A DNA stretch of 64,000 bases from Epiperipatus broadwayi (GCA_028023455.1 JAQFVV010000006.1:7192001-7256000), one strand, 5' to 3'; shown: positions 14,819 through 28,832, counted from the stretch's first letter. Notes: a model not told the origin generated them from the sequence alone. Translations and numbers: made by a program.

Positions 14819-16299
14819 AGATGTATGATGTTTATATCCTTATGAATTTGGCATACATTTGCAATTTTTTCTACTTTATCAAGTTTCTGCATATTATGTA
14901 CTGCAATAAATAGACAGCATTTACAGCTAATGTTTGTGATAGAAAGAGAAATCGCACATATCCTACATTGAATGATGAAGGTATTCAACATTATATTTCC
15001 TTTACTGAATGCTAAACTAATCAAATTATGTTTATATAATAACTACCTTCTAAATATACATGTATACAATTTAAAGATCTAGCATGCTCTCTATTAGCTA
15101 TTAATTAAGATTCAAGAAAAACTAAATAGATTCATTTAGAAGTTACTAAATAAATAGGTTAATCTTTCAACTGGTGAAAACATTTCCATTATTCTCTCTG
15201 GTGGCCATTCTTGTAATTCGCTAAAAAGTAACACATTCATAAATACTGGTGCAGAATTTTTTTGTAAAATTTTAATAATAATAAGTGCAATTTTAAATTT
15301 TAAAATAGAATTTCATTGCTTTATGCTCCTACACAAAAACTTGCATTGACTTTAAAGACATATTTTGAATAAGAAATAATTCACTCAATATTTTATTACT
15401 GTTTGCAAAAGCAGCTAGTGAATAAATAAAAAAATGCTGTTCTTGCTTATGTACATTTTTTTTCTGTTTTGCAAAGTTCAAATATAATCTTTTAGAATCA
15501 TTTGTAAACTTACATCTGTAATAAATAATGTAACGATGAACGAAATATGACATAGAATGAAGATTTCATTGTAAAAATAAAATATTTAGAATATAATCAA
15601 AACTGCCGCTAAGTCTTTAAAGAAGAATTGGAGAAGTTAGCTAGTCTACTTATTTTGAAATGTACATTCATCTATCACTATAAGTTAAGAAACATTTTAA
15701 AGGTAAACAATATGTTTATTTTTTTCTTCATTGATATTACCTTACAGGTACTATACAATTGTATACTATTAGGTATAACAGTAATAACCTACACTTTACA
15801 TTCACTTCCTAATAGTAATCCTTAAAATAAGAATATATCACATTATAATGGATCACTTGGTTTTCAATATGAGTGAAAGTTGAAATGTTTTCCGAGTCAT
15901 TAAGAATTTTCAAAAAAGCTTAGAGTTTCTTTCACATAATGAAAGTGTACCTGATGTAGCTAACCATTAAAATCATAGTCCTAACAAGGGCGGGGGAAAT
16001 TTCTACTGCATCACTATAATAAAAAAAGTAAAATATAGAATGAAATGATTTGTCTGCTAAAACAATTTATACACACCAGTAAGCTGGACATAAAATATGC
16101 ATACATTCTAATTTTAACTTGTTCCCACTTTTAAGTGTAAATGATTTAAAACGACAACGCCTATTTCCTGTTTAAACAAATAAATGCTGAATAAAGAAGT
16201 TTATTGTTTTAGACGGCATATTACACACAACTATAAAACAGTCTTATAAATGCTCTTCATTTCGGTTTGAAATTTAATTTTAATACTTATTAAATAACT

Positions 16300-16785
16300 T
16301 GATACTAAAAGAAATTATGCCTAGGTGTTTGAAAAGGAAGATTTTTAACAGATGTGTTTTATCAGTTCTTACTTATGGATCTGAGACTTGGACACTTAAT
16401 AGAAGAGCAATACAGAGACTTCAGACCACTCAAAGAAATATGGGGAGATGCGTGTTGGGAGTAACAAGAAGAGATCGAAAACGCAATGTATGGGTAAGAG
16501 AACAAACAGGTGTTACTGACCTCATAGAAAAAATTAAAAAGATTGAAGTGGAATTGGGCTGGACATATTGCTAGAGGAGATGATAATAGATGGACAATTG
16601 AAATCTCAAACTGGATTCCAAGAGATTGTAAAAGACCCAGAAAGAGACCACATGTGAAATGGATGAATGAAATAAGAAAGTGTGCAGGGATGATGTGGAG
16701 AAGAGAAGCTAATGATCAGAGATGGATTGAACTTGGAGAGACCTTCATCCTGCAGTGGATTGATAATGGTTGATGATGATGATGA
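16300..16785 (+). mobile_element. RTE-clade LINE 3' fragment with (GAT)n tail
   Basis: LKRKIFNRCVLSVLTYGSETW...KWNWAGHIARGDDNRW...KRP..KW, the classic RTE C-terminus. One frameshift. Ends in tgatgatgatgatga. Confidence 0.92.
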
Positions 16786-17181
16786 CATCAAAGTATATAA
16801 GATATCAGTTATATTATTTAAATATACAATCTAAATTGTGTGTTTTTTTTAAGCAAAAACTATCTTTGATAAACCAAAAAATAAAGCAACATTTTTTGGG
16901 TACTGTGGTCACTAGATATGATGTGTAAAATATGTAGAAATGGTCAGTAAATGGGTGGTATCTAATAACTCTTATAAAAAAATACAAAGCAATAACACTA
17001 ATAAAAAACTGGTAAAACTTTTCCCAGCCAACTGTCATCATGGTGAATAATGGTTTCTTCTTCAAAGTGTTCAACAAATTTCATGTGATTCATTGATTTA
17101 TTAATTCCATGTTATTTTTTTACAAATTATTGTATATATTCCTATATTTATTTGATTGCTCTGTTCATTTAAAAATCAGAA

Positions 17182-17688
17182 ATGGCTAAAACACCCATGG
17201 CCGGTATTGATTTAGGAACCACATACTCATGCATTGGAGTTTTTCAACAGAAATGGCTAAAACACCCATGGCTGGTATTGATTTAGGAACCACATACTCC
17301 TGCATTGGAGTTTTTCAACATGGCAAAGTAAAAATTATTGCAAACGATCAGGGTAATAGAAAAACTCTAATTATGTGGCATTCACTGATACTGAAAGATT
17401 GATTGGTGATATAGCTACAAATCAAGTTGCAATGATTCCAAATAATACCATTTTTGATGCTAAGTGGTTGATTGGTTGCCAGTGCAGTCTGATATGAAAT
17501 ATTGGCTTTCACTGCAATTAGTGACAGTGGTAATCTTAAAATTCAAGTTAAATAGAAAGAAAAAACAAAAATATTTTATCCTGAAAAAATATCTTCTATG
17601 GTCCTAAATAAAATGAAAGAAACGGCAGAAGCTTATTTAGGTACACTACTAATGCCGTAGTTACAGTTCCTGCCTATTTCAACAATTC
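17182..17688 (+). pseudogene. Hsp70: Hsp70 (HSPA/Hsc70-type) 5' fragment, intronless pseudogene
   Basis: Translates as [66 protein letters not shown] ... [23 protein letters not shown] ... [14 protein letters not shown]. Has frameshifts, a stop and an internal deletion. The first 71 nt are tandemly duplicated (17177-17247 and 17248-17318). Confidence 0.95.
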
Positions 17689-20600
17689 GGTTTAAAATTG
17701 ATTTAAGTCCCATTTGTCATCTGTGCAATGTCTCAAATGAAAAGCTTCAATTCCTAAAATCATACCCATTCTTCCACTTTTGCCTCAGATAAACCCATAA
17801 TAAATTTCAAATAGTGCCTTTAACTTTCCTGCACTGTGATATATTTAATTGTTCCATCTGGTGAGACATTTTGTAAGCTTTTAACTTTTGATTTTAATAT
17901 TAAACTATAATTCAACATCAGAATTCTTGATTTGAAATATTTGCAAAAAAAAAAAAACAAACAAACTAAATGTAAATCATTTTTGAACTTTGAAAGTATT
18001 AAAAAAATAAGTTCATTATGATAACAAGATACTTCCATCATTGAATTGTTGGTAAAACAGAATGGTTTCAAAAATCAAACAAAATTTTTTTAAATTGAAA
18101 TTTGTATTTAAAATGGGAATGAATATCTCCAATAAATCTATCAAATTCTGCTTTAAAGTATTAAAATTGCTTTTTAATTTTTAGAATATCTCAAATTATC
18201 TTAACACAGTGTTAGCAATAATGAAATAGCCACCCTTTTTATAGGGCAGCACGTTCAGAATGGATGGTTTTCTCTGTCAACATTACACTAGAAGTTATCA
18301 CCTTCTATTTTTAAAACTAAAACATATTTGTATAAAATAACAAAGTAATAATGTACATTCTTGATTTTGAATAACTATTGCACAATTATTGTATAAAAAT
18401 AATCATGAATTTTAACAAACTTCCCCAAAAATCAAATTTTAGCTATTCCAATTTTTTTTGTCAAAGTAATCTCATAGATGCTCTCAAAATGGATTACAAA
18501 GAACTAAGTCCATAATAGATGTGGAGGCAAATATAAATAGTTTGATCTTTCTGTTATTCAATTGTACTGGCTTCTTCAGATTGTTTTTTTAATATGCAAG
18601 TTCAATAATTTAAAAAAAAAATAAATGAAATATTTCAATAGATGTTTATACAAGCAGAAGTTAAAATTAATCCAATTTCAGTGATTTTTCTTGATTTCTC
18701 TGAAAGAAGGCTGTCATCTTGAATAAACAAAAGCTGAATTAAAAATCACAAAAAGCTTCCAAACTCATAGTACTTTAAAAACACTATGTATAAAATCAAT
18801 AAAATAGACAATTATTCATTCAGGAAGATGTGATGTTGATGCCTAGAAGTGACAGATTAAGCTTCATTTACCATTGCATTTAATCACTTGGGGATCTTCA
18901 ATTCATGCTGGTTTTTGCGCAGGCCAATACTATAGCTAAGTGCAATTCTCACTGCTACATCTTATGAGTTTAGAACAATGGTGGAGAGTTAAAAGTTCCT
19001 AGAATAAAGCTCAATGTGCCATTTCTGATGTCTGTAAGATTGTAACGTCTTACTGGATAAACTCACAAATTTTGATTATTCATATTTTATTAATACTTAC
19101 AAAGAGTTTCCTATCAAGGACATTTTTATTCAACTTCATCTAGGTTACTTCTTTTGATCTCATTGAAATAAAGGTTGGATATACCAGGGCTAGGTATACT
19201 GTTTCAAAGCAAAAGCTACTTGTAATCTTCTCCACAAGTCATGGACCACCACTATGATTATTAAATATTTTTCAATATTTCCTTTTTTTTTGGAAATGAC
19301 ACATTTGGGTGACACATATATGTCAAACATTCCCATTCTGTCTTAAAATTGAATCTTTACTTTGAAATTGTCACAGACCCCATACCTCTCTTTTAAAATA
19401 TGTTGTTATACAACTGATTTTTCACATGAATTCTTACTTCAATCTGATCACTTATCACAACAAAAACCATTATTGGCTTCATGACTGATTAAACGTATTC
19501 AATGCTTTTGGCTGCATCTTTGCATTGGTACAATGAATGTATTCAAGCTGATGAATTTTAATCGACCTGAACACCATGATGCATTTTTTTTTACCACTAC
19601 ATATTAAAATTGTATGTCTTTCTTTGGAATTGTTTCAGATCCACCTTTTAAAATATGACAAAATACTAATTTTTCACAACAAATTACTTAAAGCTATGCT
19701 CCTGCCACAAAAAAAGATTCAATGACTAGCTTCTGATTGACTGAATGTATCCAATATTCCTGTCTGCACCTTTGTATTATGCGATGAACGTATTCAAACT
19801 GACGTATGCATCATCATGCATTTCAATAAAGGCAAGTGTGTCACTCAACACATTTACTGGCAAGTGCCCAATTTCAATTAGTCACCTTGTTTGCGAAGAG
19901 CAGATTCTCACCCAAAATAGCTGTATGTGCAAAACATATTAAGCACAGCTATCTACTGTAGTATAATACACCATGAGTTATCTTTATTTTTTGTTTAATT
20001 CAGGTAGCCACTCCAAAATCTCTCGGCAATCCACCAGCAGACTGCCATGCCCCCTTCTGGCTTATACAAATGCATCTACTTTCCGTTATCTTCAGGGTGT
20101 GCAGCTGGAGGTGTATGTAACATACACATTAAATAACCCGATCAGTTCCTGCATATGACCTGTTTGAATAAATTAATCTGCCAATTCCTGACTGCCATTA
20201 CTGTGTGGCATATCTCCATTTTGAAGGTCCATCGCTGACATACTGGGATTACTGCAATATGATAAAACGACTTGTTTTCTCATAATGATAAATTGTTGTT
20301 GCACCAGGAAATGAAGTATCCTGCTTACATTAGTTGGTTGCACCAGATATGTGACTATAGCCATTGTGATTAAGACATAAAACATGACCAATTATTTTTC
20401 TAAAATGGAGAAACTGGGTCGTAATGACTCATGAATTTTTTGGATTTCAATAATAATCCCCTCCAATAAATATAGCCTCTCAAAACTCAGTAACCCCCCT
20501 CCCCCCAAAAAAAAAAAGTAGTGAGAGAGAAACAAAGGTAGAAATGAGTTTTGTGATGATTACACAAACCAATCTGTGGACCACAAATACATCCCGTTGT

Positions 20601-21019
20601 ACTTTTTAAAAATTTTCTGGAGCATCCTTAAATGAAACTTTTCTTATAACTTTACAATGTGACAATAGGATATCCAGGTTTCACATCCATACAATAAATC
20701 AGTATAATAAGTCTTATATACAGCTAACTTAGTTGCAATACTATATCCCTATGATGAAATACTCTACCCTTTAACTTAATGCAGTAGCAGCATATGGAGT
20801 CTGTGTTGGATCTCCATCATCCAAGCCCACCTTTCCAAGCTAAAATGTTTGTGGACACTATTTCCTTCATCACTGGATGATAAAGAATTTGAGACTTTTG
20901 AACATTAATTAGTAAACCAAAATCTTTATAATTTGCATTCAAAACTGTGAGAAGATTCTGTATGCCATTTTTTGAATATAAATCCAGAATCCAAGAAGGT
21001 GAAGTTCTTGTTTTTGCTT

Positions 21020-22100
21020 TTACTTGATTCCGATTACAAATTCTGCCACCAAATCTGTATTATATCTTAATCCCTGTTTGATTAAGTCACTTAATAAATA
21101 ATTCCAAAGATCATTTCTCATAAAAATTAAAAACAATGTTGGAACAAGTACATGCACTTGTTTAGCACCGGTTTTCATTTCAAATGCTTGTTTTCCAACT
21201 ATAGCAATAACACTACCTCTCATTACATCACATACAATATCCATAAATTTGGGTGGATAACCCACTAATTTCAAACAATTCCATATACTAGTCCTATTAA
21301 CTGAATCAAATGCTTTGACTAAACCAGTTGAAAGCATTATAAACTGCTTGTGTTCTCAATATGTTTTTTGCATTTGACTGGCAATAAATAAATCATATCG
21401 ATTGTGTTTCTCAATTTCCTAAAACCACACTGAAAGCAATCTATTCAACAAAATTCTTGAGAGTAGTTTTGCTATAATGAATAATAATGATATTCCATTA
21501 TAAATTATTGCAATCTTGTCTATGGCTGTGTTTTTAAAAACTGAAACAATAAAAACATCCATAAGGTCAGATGACACAATTTAATGGGGCAATATATTCC
21601 TTAAAAATTCCGATATTTTTGAAGTTAACACATCACCAGCATATTTTAAAACTTCTCCAAACATTTCATAAAAACCTGCAAGCCTTTCCATTTGTAAAAT
21701 TACAAAGAGCTGGTTTAACATCATTAAACTGGATATTTTTGTCCAAATCTAAATAGATAGATATAGATTTGTAATTAAAAATCAACATCTCAATCCTTGT
21801 ATCATTATTCAAAAGAAGATCAAAATACTTTTTCCACCTGTTCAAAATATTCATCATCACATCATTAATGAATTTAATAGAACTGTGAATCCATTTCTCA
21901 GGTCTATATGTTGCTTTTGGTATGCCCAAAAATCTAGAATGACCAGGATCAGCGAATGTCCGTATCTTCTTTGAAGCCTTAATCCACTGATCATTTTTTA
22001 AGCCTTCTTGCCAGTCATTGAACTTCCACCTTTAGATCTTTTATATTTATTATAAAGTTTCACATTTGATCCATTACTCTGCCATGCAAAAATTGCCATG
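21020..22100 (-). mobile_element. Degenerate non-LTR (RTE-like) reverse transcriptase fragment
   Basis: KAFDSVNR...G.PPKFMDIV...F.MKTGAKQ.HVLVPTLF.IFM, preceded by DVKPAL..FTNGKA. These are RT domains 0-4 with stops. Confidence 0.75.
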
Positions 22101-22230
22101 CCTCATTTTAATCAAATCACTAATAATAAGATCAAGTCACGATTCTTCTTTTTAGTGATCTCAAGAATAGATTTACAAAGTATTATAACTTTATATTTCT
22201 TATTGCATTGCTGAATCCATATAATATTAA

Positions 22231-22540
22231 TATCCTCTTTATTACTTTTTACAACTCACAATTGACAGTTTCATGCCCCAGCAATCTTCTCCAGAACTAT
22301 AACAAACACAATACAAATACATGAATAGAAATATACATGAACATATAATTTTACATTATATATAGATAATCTTCTATCTTATAATCAATAGATATATATA
22401 AAATATGTTCATATATATTTGTATTCATGTATTTGTATTATGTTTGTTGTAGTTATAAAGAAGATTGCTGGGGTAATCGAAACTGTCAATAGTGAGGTGT
22501 AAATGGCATTGTAAAAAGTAATAAAGAATACAGAGGATAC
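22231..22540. repeat. Fold-back element with degenerate hammerhead-like motifs
   Basis: 22231-22360 is inverted to 22391-22540. Confidence 0.88.
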
Positions 22541-24069
22541 TACTATTATAAGAATAATTTATTTGTATCCATAACACACTCCTTAAAGAGAAATCCATGC
22601 CCTTATATTCAGATCAAAATTAAATTTATATTTACCTTTAGTATTACCACTGCATTTTGCTTTATCACTACTACTGTTATTATTATTGCTATTCTTATTA
22701 TTTCTACTGCTTAATTGAGTAATCAATCAGCTGTGACAACCTAGCCATACTGGGTAAGGCAAGCCATTTTAGGTCACATTTTCTAGTACCTTCCAATTCT
22801 GTGGCAGGGGGTCCCTAAACAAGGTTGCCTAAACATAAAATCTTTGCCAGCAGAAACTCATTTTACTTAAAATCCAATTCCAAACTTACTCATAAGAGAT
22901 TGTACCACCTCAAGCAAAAACCACAACTAAGGACTGCCAATCAACTAAGTCTGTTCCCTTCATTGCTTTCTTATTCTTGAGGGTTTGAGCTAAAAAAAAT
23001 AAAGAGAAGAAAAAGGGAATCAGATATGTTGGGCATATATAAACATTAGAAATGTTGTTGCCAACACACAATCCCAAATGTCACAATTAGGGCATGAAAG
23101 AATCATGATAACCAGATCTTACAGTACATAAGTGACTGAAGAAGGAAAAACGATACAAAAGATTGTTTCCATCAAAAACAGCACCTAACTCTTGAAGAAC
23201 CCACATTTTATCCTACAAGGCAACAGGAGCTCCTAGTCAGGCACAGTTTATTTGTTGTCATAATTGGCCTTCATATCTAAAGATTATTTCACTAGCCTTC
23301 ATCCGGGCAGCTGTTAAAAAATCTGAGCACCCTATTCAACATTATCCCTCTCCATCTCACTACACATTCAAACTTTGCTCAAATTTTAATACTTTTTTGT
23401 ATACTATAAAAATGTATTTTATTAATAATTTAAAATACACAACAGGATTACATTTATATCTGCACACAAATTTTTATTATGTAATAGTAATTGAAACAAT
23501 AAAACAAAACGATTTTTTTGTAATTTTGTCTGGATAAAGGAAATCTTTTTGTATTAGCAGGAATCGGATTAATGGCTGCCTACCTGTAATATAAAATTAT
23601 TATTCTTAGATAATTTCCAGTTCAGGTGGAACTACTATATATTAAAACGTGTTAATTGATTAAGCCTAACAAAGTTTAAATGGTGCATCAGGTTTTTCTT
23701 TTTATCTTAATCAAATTTTATTTATTTTTTTAATTCTTCTTATTTATTTATAAAAATATTATCATAATTCAACATACATACTTTAAAAAAAAAAAAAATC
23801 GTGGTAAATATTCAAGCTATAATAATATTTTACCATTAAAACTTTTGCTTAAAAATTTGCGCTTGGAAAAAAAAACACAATTAATTCTCCACGAACAACT
23901 TTTAGTGAAATCTCATAATATAATATATTAGGTAAAAAATTAATAGTTTAGCAGATTTGCTACTAGATGTCAGTACAAACAAGCAAGTAATGTATCGCTA
24001 TTTTTTTTTTATTTTAAAAAAACTAATTTTATTTCTCTTACTAAAAATATTTTGTTTAATTTAAGTTAC

Positions 24070-24101
24070 CTTACTGGATCCTGAATCTGCATCGCCGTCA
24101 T
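24070..24101 (-). CDS. BLTP2: BLTP2 micro-exon (32 nt, phase 1-0): DDGDADSGSSK
   Basis: Strong acceptor (T11)gtttag and donor gtaact. Restores phase between exons 28833 and 10545. Acidic linker, so little sequence homology supports it. Confidence 0.75.
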
Positions 24102-25116
24102 CTAAACAAAAAAAAAAATCGGTTATGTACATATGTAAAAAAACCCCATTTCCCCAATAGCTAAAATGGAATATATCAATAACATTAAAAATCAATACAA
24201 ATTTGATCAAAGCAAATGAAAAACTATATATATATATAATAAAATCATGGAATGGTTTATTGCCTGAGAATGCGTGAAAAGTTAGAGAATTAATAGAGGC
24301 AGAAGTGGACCGCGATCCATAGACCTTAAAGTCCAAAATCTGCACCTCTACCATTACATCAGCTTATGAAGGCAGGAAAAACATTTAAAATAAATACAGC
24401 TTGAAATTAATACAGTTTTTATCGATACTTTTAAAACAGACCAAAATAATATATCCTCCCGTCCCCCATCTGCAAATAAAAAATAATTAGGAATTTATAA
24501 ATTTTACAAGTAGATCCATGTTTGTGAATGCTCTCGTGAATATGTTCTGCCATAAATTTCATCTTCTAATATTAAGGGCATGTTTCCGACCGTCATATGG
24601 TTGTTCGCTCTCTCTATTATTGCTCCGGCTGCTTCATATACCCATTATTCACTGTATTTTTTTGCTAATGCTTCAATATCTAATTTTAAAAAATAATCTT
24701 TGGATTAAGGCATATGCATACATGTTAAAAGTATGTATTAATCCTGAGTTAAAATTATTTACGGCTTCATGCACCGTTGCACCCGTAATAAGGTTTGGAA
24801 ACCAAACACGTGGATAGAAGATATTACCAAAATAAGAAGATATACAAACAATTATAGATCAAATTGTTACAAGATTAGTTCAACGCAATTGTTACACATA
24901 TAGCAAAAAGGAATTTGTCACACCTATGCTGTATTTATCTGAATGATTATAAATGGCATTTGTTAAATTTATAATATATATATATATATACGAAGTGTAA
25001 GTTCTACCACTGATGATGATCAGGTGTATTTGTGTGATCGTAGATCTCTGCCGGATAATTGCCTACCTTTGGACACTTATATACAACATATATCACTTGA
25101 AAACAACTCATACATC

Positions 25117-25362
25117 AGTTAATAGTGCAGTGGCAAAGTATTAGACTCCTGAGTGTAAGGTCCTTGGACTGATTCCAAAGGTGGCACTTTCGGCCCTCAA
25201 ATTTTTTAAGAATTTCCGACCAATAAACCTATTTGATTACCTCTTTGCCCTGCATGATTTACTGCAGTGCCAGATTTGGGAGTGTAGGGTTCTCAAAATT
25301 GATTCCAGTTCCAGAAATTCCTGCACTCAAATTTCTTAAGAACTCTCTACCAATAAAGCCGT
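25117..25362 (+). mobile_element. Two tandem copies of the same tRNA-derived SINE family
   Basis: Tail tcaaatt..ttaagaa.t..c.accaataaa.cc is shared with 29.7 kb. Further single minus-strand copies lie at about 2340-2415, 24290-24362, 52815-52880 and 54405-54505. Confidence 0.55.
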
Positions 25363-25409
25363 TCAAGTAAGGGGGGGGGGTGAGTATATTTTTTACCCCC
25401 CCCCCCCCG

Positions 25410-25535
25410 ACACTTTCATACTCTTTTCGGACTTGTCCGATGTGAAACGGGTTCCATCAATAGAAAATAAAGTTTCAGGAAGGCCGTGATGCGAATAAGT
25501 TTCATGTAATTTTTCAATTGTCTCATCTAATCTTA
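25410..25535 (-). mobile_element. Ty3/Gypsy integrase fragment
   Basis: ETIEKLHETYSHHGLPETLFSIDGTRFTS resembles TIEKLREIFARHGLPETLVSDNGTQFTS. Confidence 0.6.
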
Positions 25536-25544
25536 AAAGTCTAG

Positions 25545-25695
25545 AATAAAATGGAGCTGGGCAAAATATGTCGCTAAAAGAAATGACAATAGATTAGAAA
25601 CCGAATGCGTAAACTCGATCCCAAGAGACTATAAATGACATAAAAAAGGCCATACGTAATGTAGATTGATGAGGTAAAAAAGATTCAGTGCCTAA
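25545..25695 (+). mobile_element. Short RTE LINE 3' remnant
   Basis: Translates as KWSWAKYVAKRNDNR..IPRDYK, similar to the RTE C-terminus above. Confidence 0.6.
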
Positions 25696-27449
25696 TGCAA
25701 AGAAAAGCAACTATAGATTGGAAAAGTTGAACTCGGAGAAACCGTTTCTGCAGGGCAATTAAAAGAAATGATTGTAGTTTTACGACATTGCAAAAATGTT
25801 ATACTTATTAAAGCATGATATTCTTCTCCCCAAGTTACAGGACTTTGTGAATTTTTTAAACAGAATGGAATTGAACTCAAACCCTAAGTTCTTTTTTTTT
25901 TTTTTGTTTTGCAAATTTATTTTTGAAACATTAATTTAAAACTGACATCCTTACATTATACTTTGTTTATATTTAATTCTTTTGTATGTTAGTCCATATG
26001 TGTAATGAAATCTATCTTTATATCATACAGGCGAACGCACTTCCAGTTGCGAGCACCAAAATTATCTCTCATAATAGCCGTTAAACAATATTCATCATTT
26101 TGACTCCATTAAAAAAAAAAAGAATCATAAAAGCCCTGTGCATATAAGTCCTGTGCATATAATTCAATGACAGAAAAGTGGATGCATAAACTTACAATTT
26201 CTTTGTCACAGTTAATGTACAGAGAGCTCGCAATGACTGTTTCTAATACTAAGTGACAGAAAATTGTTAATTAAGAGAAAAGGGAAGAAAAATAAAAAGG
26301 TCTAATTTAATTAATAATAAAGATGCAAATTTTCATTGACCTCATATTTAATCAATAAACATCCTATGACTATTAATCATCTTGACTCTTTCAGAGTCAG
26401 AAAATAGATTCTGTACAACACAACCTGTTTCTATGGTGACCCAAATCATTTATATTTCAGAAAACTAGAGAACTGAACTTGATAGATGACTATTTTTTAT
26501 TAAGAAGAGCTTCAAGGTGCAACTATAGCACCCTTGTCTGCTACGCTTATGACTTGTGAATCCGGGTCAGTGCAAATTTTTTTTTACTAGGCTTGGAGTT
26601 CTCTTTCCAGTAGCTGGTCCATAGCCAATCTAGTTAATCACCCAAAAGAATTTTGTATTTGAGTATCTAGCTATTTCAAGGGCAGAAAACTATTCAATCA
26701 ATCATCATCCAGAAATTAGCAAGCTATTGCCTCCTACTTCATTGCTGCGTTATGAGGAGGTGTTGGAGTAATCTTTGCTCCGCACCTGAATATTTAAAAT
26801 CTGTCGTCATTCTCTATTTATTAAAGAGAAATATAAATAATTATAAGGAAACATATATGCATTAAAATGGAAGTCACTATAATCTCCCATGAGTTATGCA
26901 TAAACTGATAATCACTTGTCAATAAACGAAAAGAATAGGCTGATACCACCTATTCATTTAGTTATGATGGTATTTAAGCATACATTTATTGACATGTTAT
27001 AACACAGAATACGAGATCCGTATAGTCGTCTCACTTTAAGGACAGCACAAATTAGTTTCATACTGCTATGAAACATTCTGAGGAATATAGTACTTAGATT
27101 TATATTCAATAACTGATGTTTCATTTTTATTTAGAGATCATTAAAACCGTATTGCTGCCTTTGAGTTTTCAATGACAAATTTCAGAATAGCTTGCATCTT
27201 CTTTAACTCAAGCTAATATCCAGAATTCATGTTCTGGGTTATAAAAAGTGAACAAATGTATGCTAAGCTACCATCAGAACTAAAGAAATAGGTGGAGTCA
27301 TTTCTATTCTTTTTGTTTTTTTGATACCTAGCTCATGGGAGAGGTATAACAACTTCCCTTCAATTTATTAAACAGAAATAAATTTTCTAAAGAATGTTAC
27401 TATTCCTAATTTTATATTTAAATTTATTAAGCACTAGCAGATGATCTAA

Positions 27450-27665
27450 TAATAATGTGAAAGGCTCACTTCGACAGAAGTGCCTTAAAAATGCTTATGT
27501 GACAGCCAATCAGATGTAATAAAGACTGCACGTGGAACTCTCAATTTTTCTTGTAGTGCTGTTCTTGAATTGAGAGTTCCACATGCAGTCACTATTACAT
27601 CTGATTGGCTGTCACATAAGCGTTTTTAAGGCCTGTCAAAAGTTTTAGCCTTTCATGCTATTATT
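27450..27665. repeat. Inverted repeat or MITE-like element
   Basis: Core arms 27482-27546 and 27568-27632. Confidence 0.9.
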
Positions 27666-28832
27666 CCTAATTTTGTCATTTTTAGGTATTTTTTGAAATG
27701 TTTACCCTGAAGTTAGGCCATTTAAACTCTTTAATAAATCTCAAAATGGTCTTCTTTCAGAAATGTCTTTCAGGAACGGTCTCTTGCACAAATAAGACCC
27801 TACAGTTTTCAATTGGGAAATTCAATTTGAAGTAATCTAACTGAAGTAAAAAGTTTTAACTAAAATAAAGGATTGAATTTCGTATAAACTCCCAAGCAAT
27901 AAATCCGTTAACAATATTTTTTTAAAATGGATATAATAAGCATGAAATGGCATGGGAAATGATAGAACAGAATGAAATTCTCAAAATATATAAAATCACC
28001 TTGATATTAGAAAGTTGTTTCAGAAGTAATGTAGTTACTAAAAATAGGAATATCATGAAAGGTACAGCATATAAGTATCTAGTGGCCATTTTGTATTCCT
28101 TTATACTACTTAAGCCAGTGGTTTGAAATTTAAAAAAAAAAACTAACGTTTTAAACCCAAGTTGACTCACTTACATGATTATATAAATGTGAAACCCAGT
28201 TAGTTCCGCCATATTTTAGAAATCTGTTTTATTATTAACTGTAGGGCCCTTCCACTTTTCGGGTAGAAAGGTTAATACCAAAAATAATAGCACATGACTT
28301 TCAAGAGCCCTCTACTGTGAATAATTAATAGATACCAGATGGCATAATAATATAAAATTTTCTATCTCCAGTGCCTGGTTTTTGGTAATTGTCCTCATCA
28401 GTAAAGACTAAGATTCGAAGCTGAACCCAATGCACTTATACAACTAGCGTTGAACCCTAGTCCTCACTGATACAGAAAAAGGCAGAATCTCATCTGTAGA
28501 TGAATTTATAGCACTATACTATCTGGTATCCATTGATAATTCAGATTCACAGAAGAGAACTGCTCTTGGAATATATAAATAAAGACATGACCAATTCATG
28601 TGATATTGTTATTGGTATACATATCCAATACTATAAATATGATATTCTAGGTTTCTAAGTCACCTCAATTAATGAATTTTCCAGGTTACAAAAAATCCAA
28701 CCCAAAAGTACATTTCCTTCCCTTCACTTCAATATAAACCCTTCTGTATCTCCATTAATATTTACAATGCAAGGGAGAAAGACAATCTACAGTAATAAAA
28801 AACATAAGGGAAGATTATAATCGATGTTTTAC

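Noticed and set aside
22636-22740. Exon-like Asn/Ser-rich stretch ending at a gtaaat donor on the minus strand
   Set aside because: The sensible frame ends in phase 1 and has an upstream stop. The phase-0 frame required by the neighbouring exons is implausible.
23520-23590. Acceptor-like tattacag on the minus strand after the micro-exon
   Set aside because: Phase 0 hits a stop after 4 codons and there is no convincing donor.
25008-25055. CTGATGA-TGATC...GATC motif
   Set aside because: GAAA and stems I and III are absent.
26690-26790. GC-richer exon-like segment after aatattcag (-)
   Set aside because: Stops in all three frames and no BLTP2 similarity.
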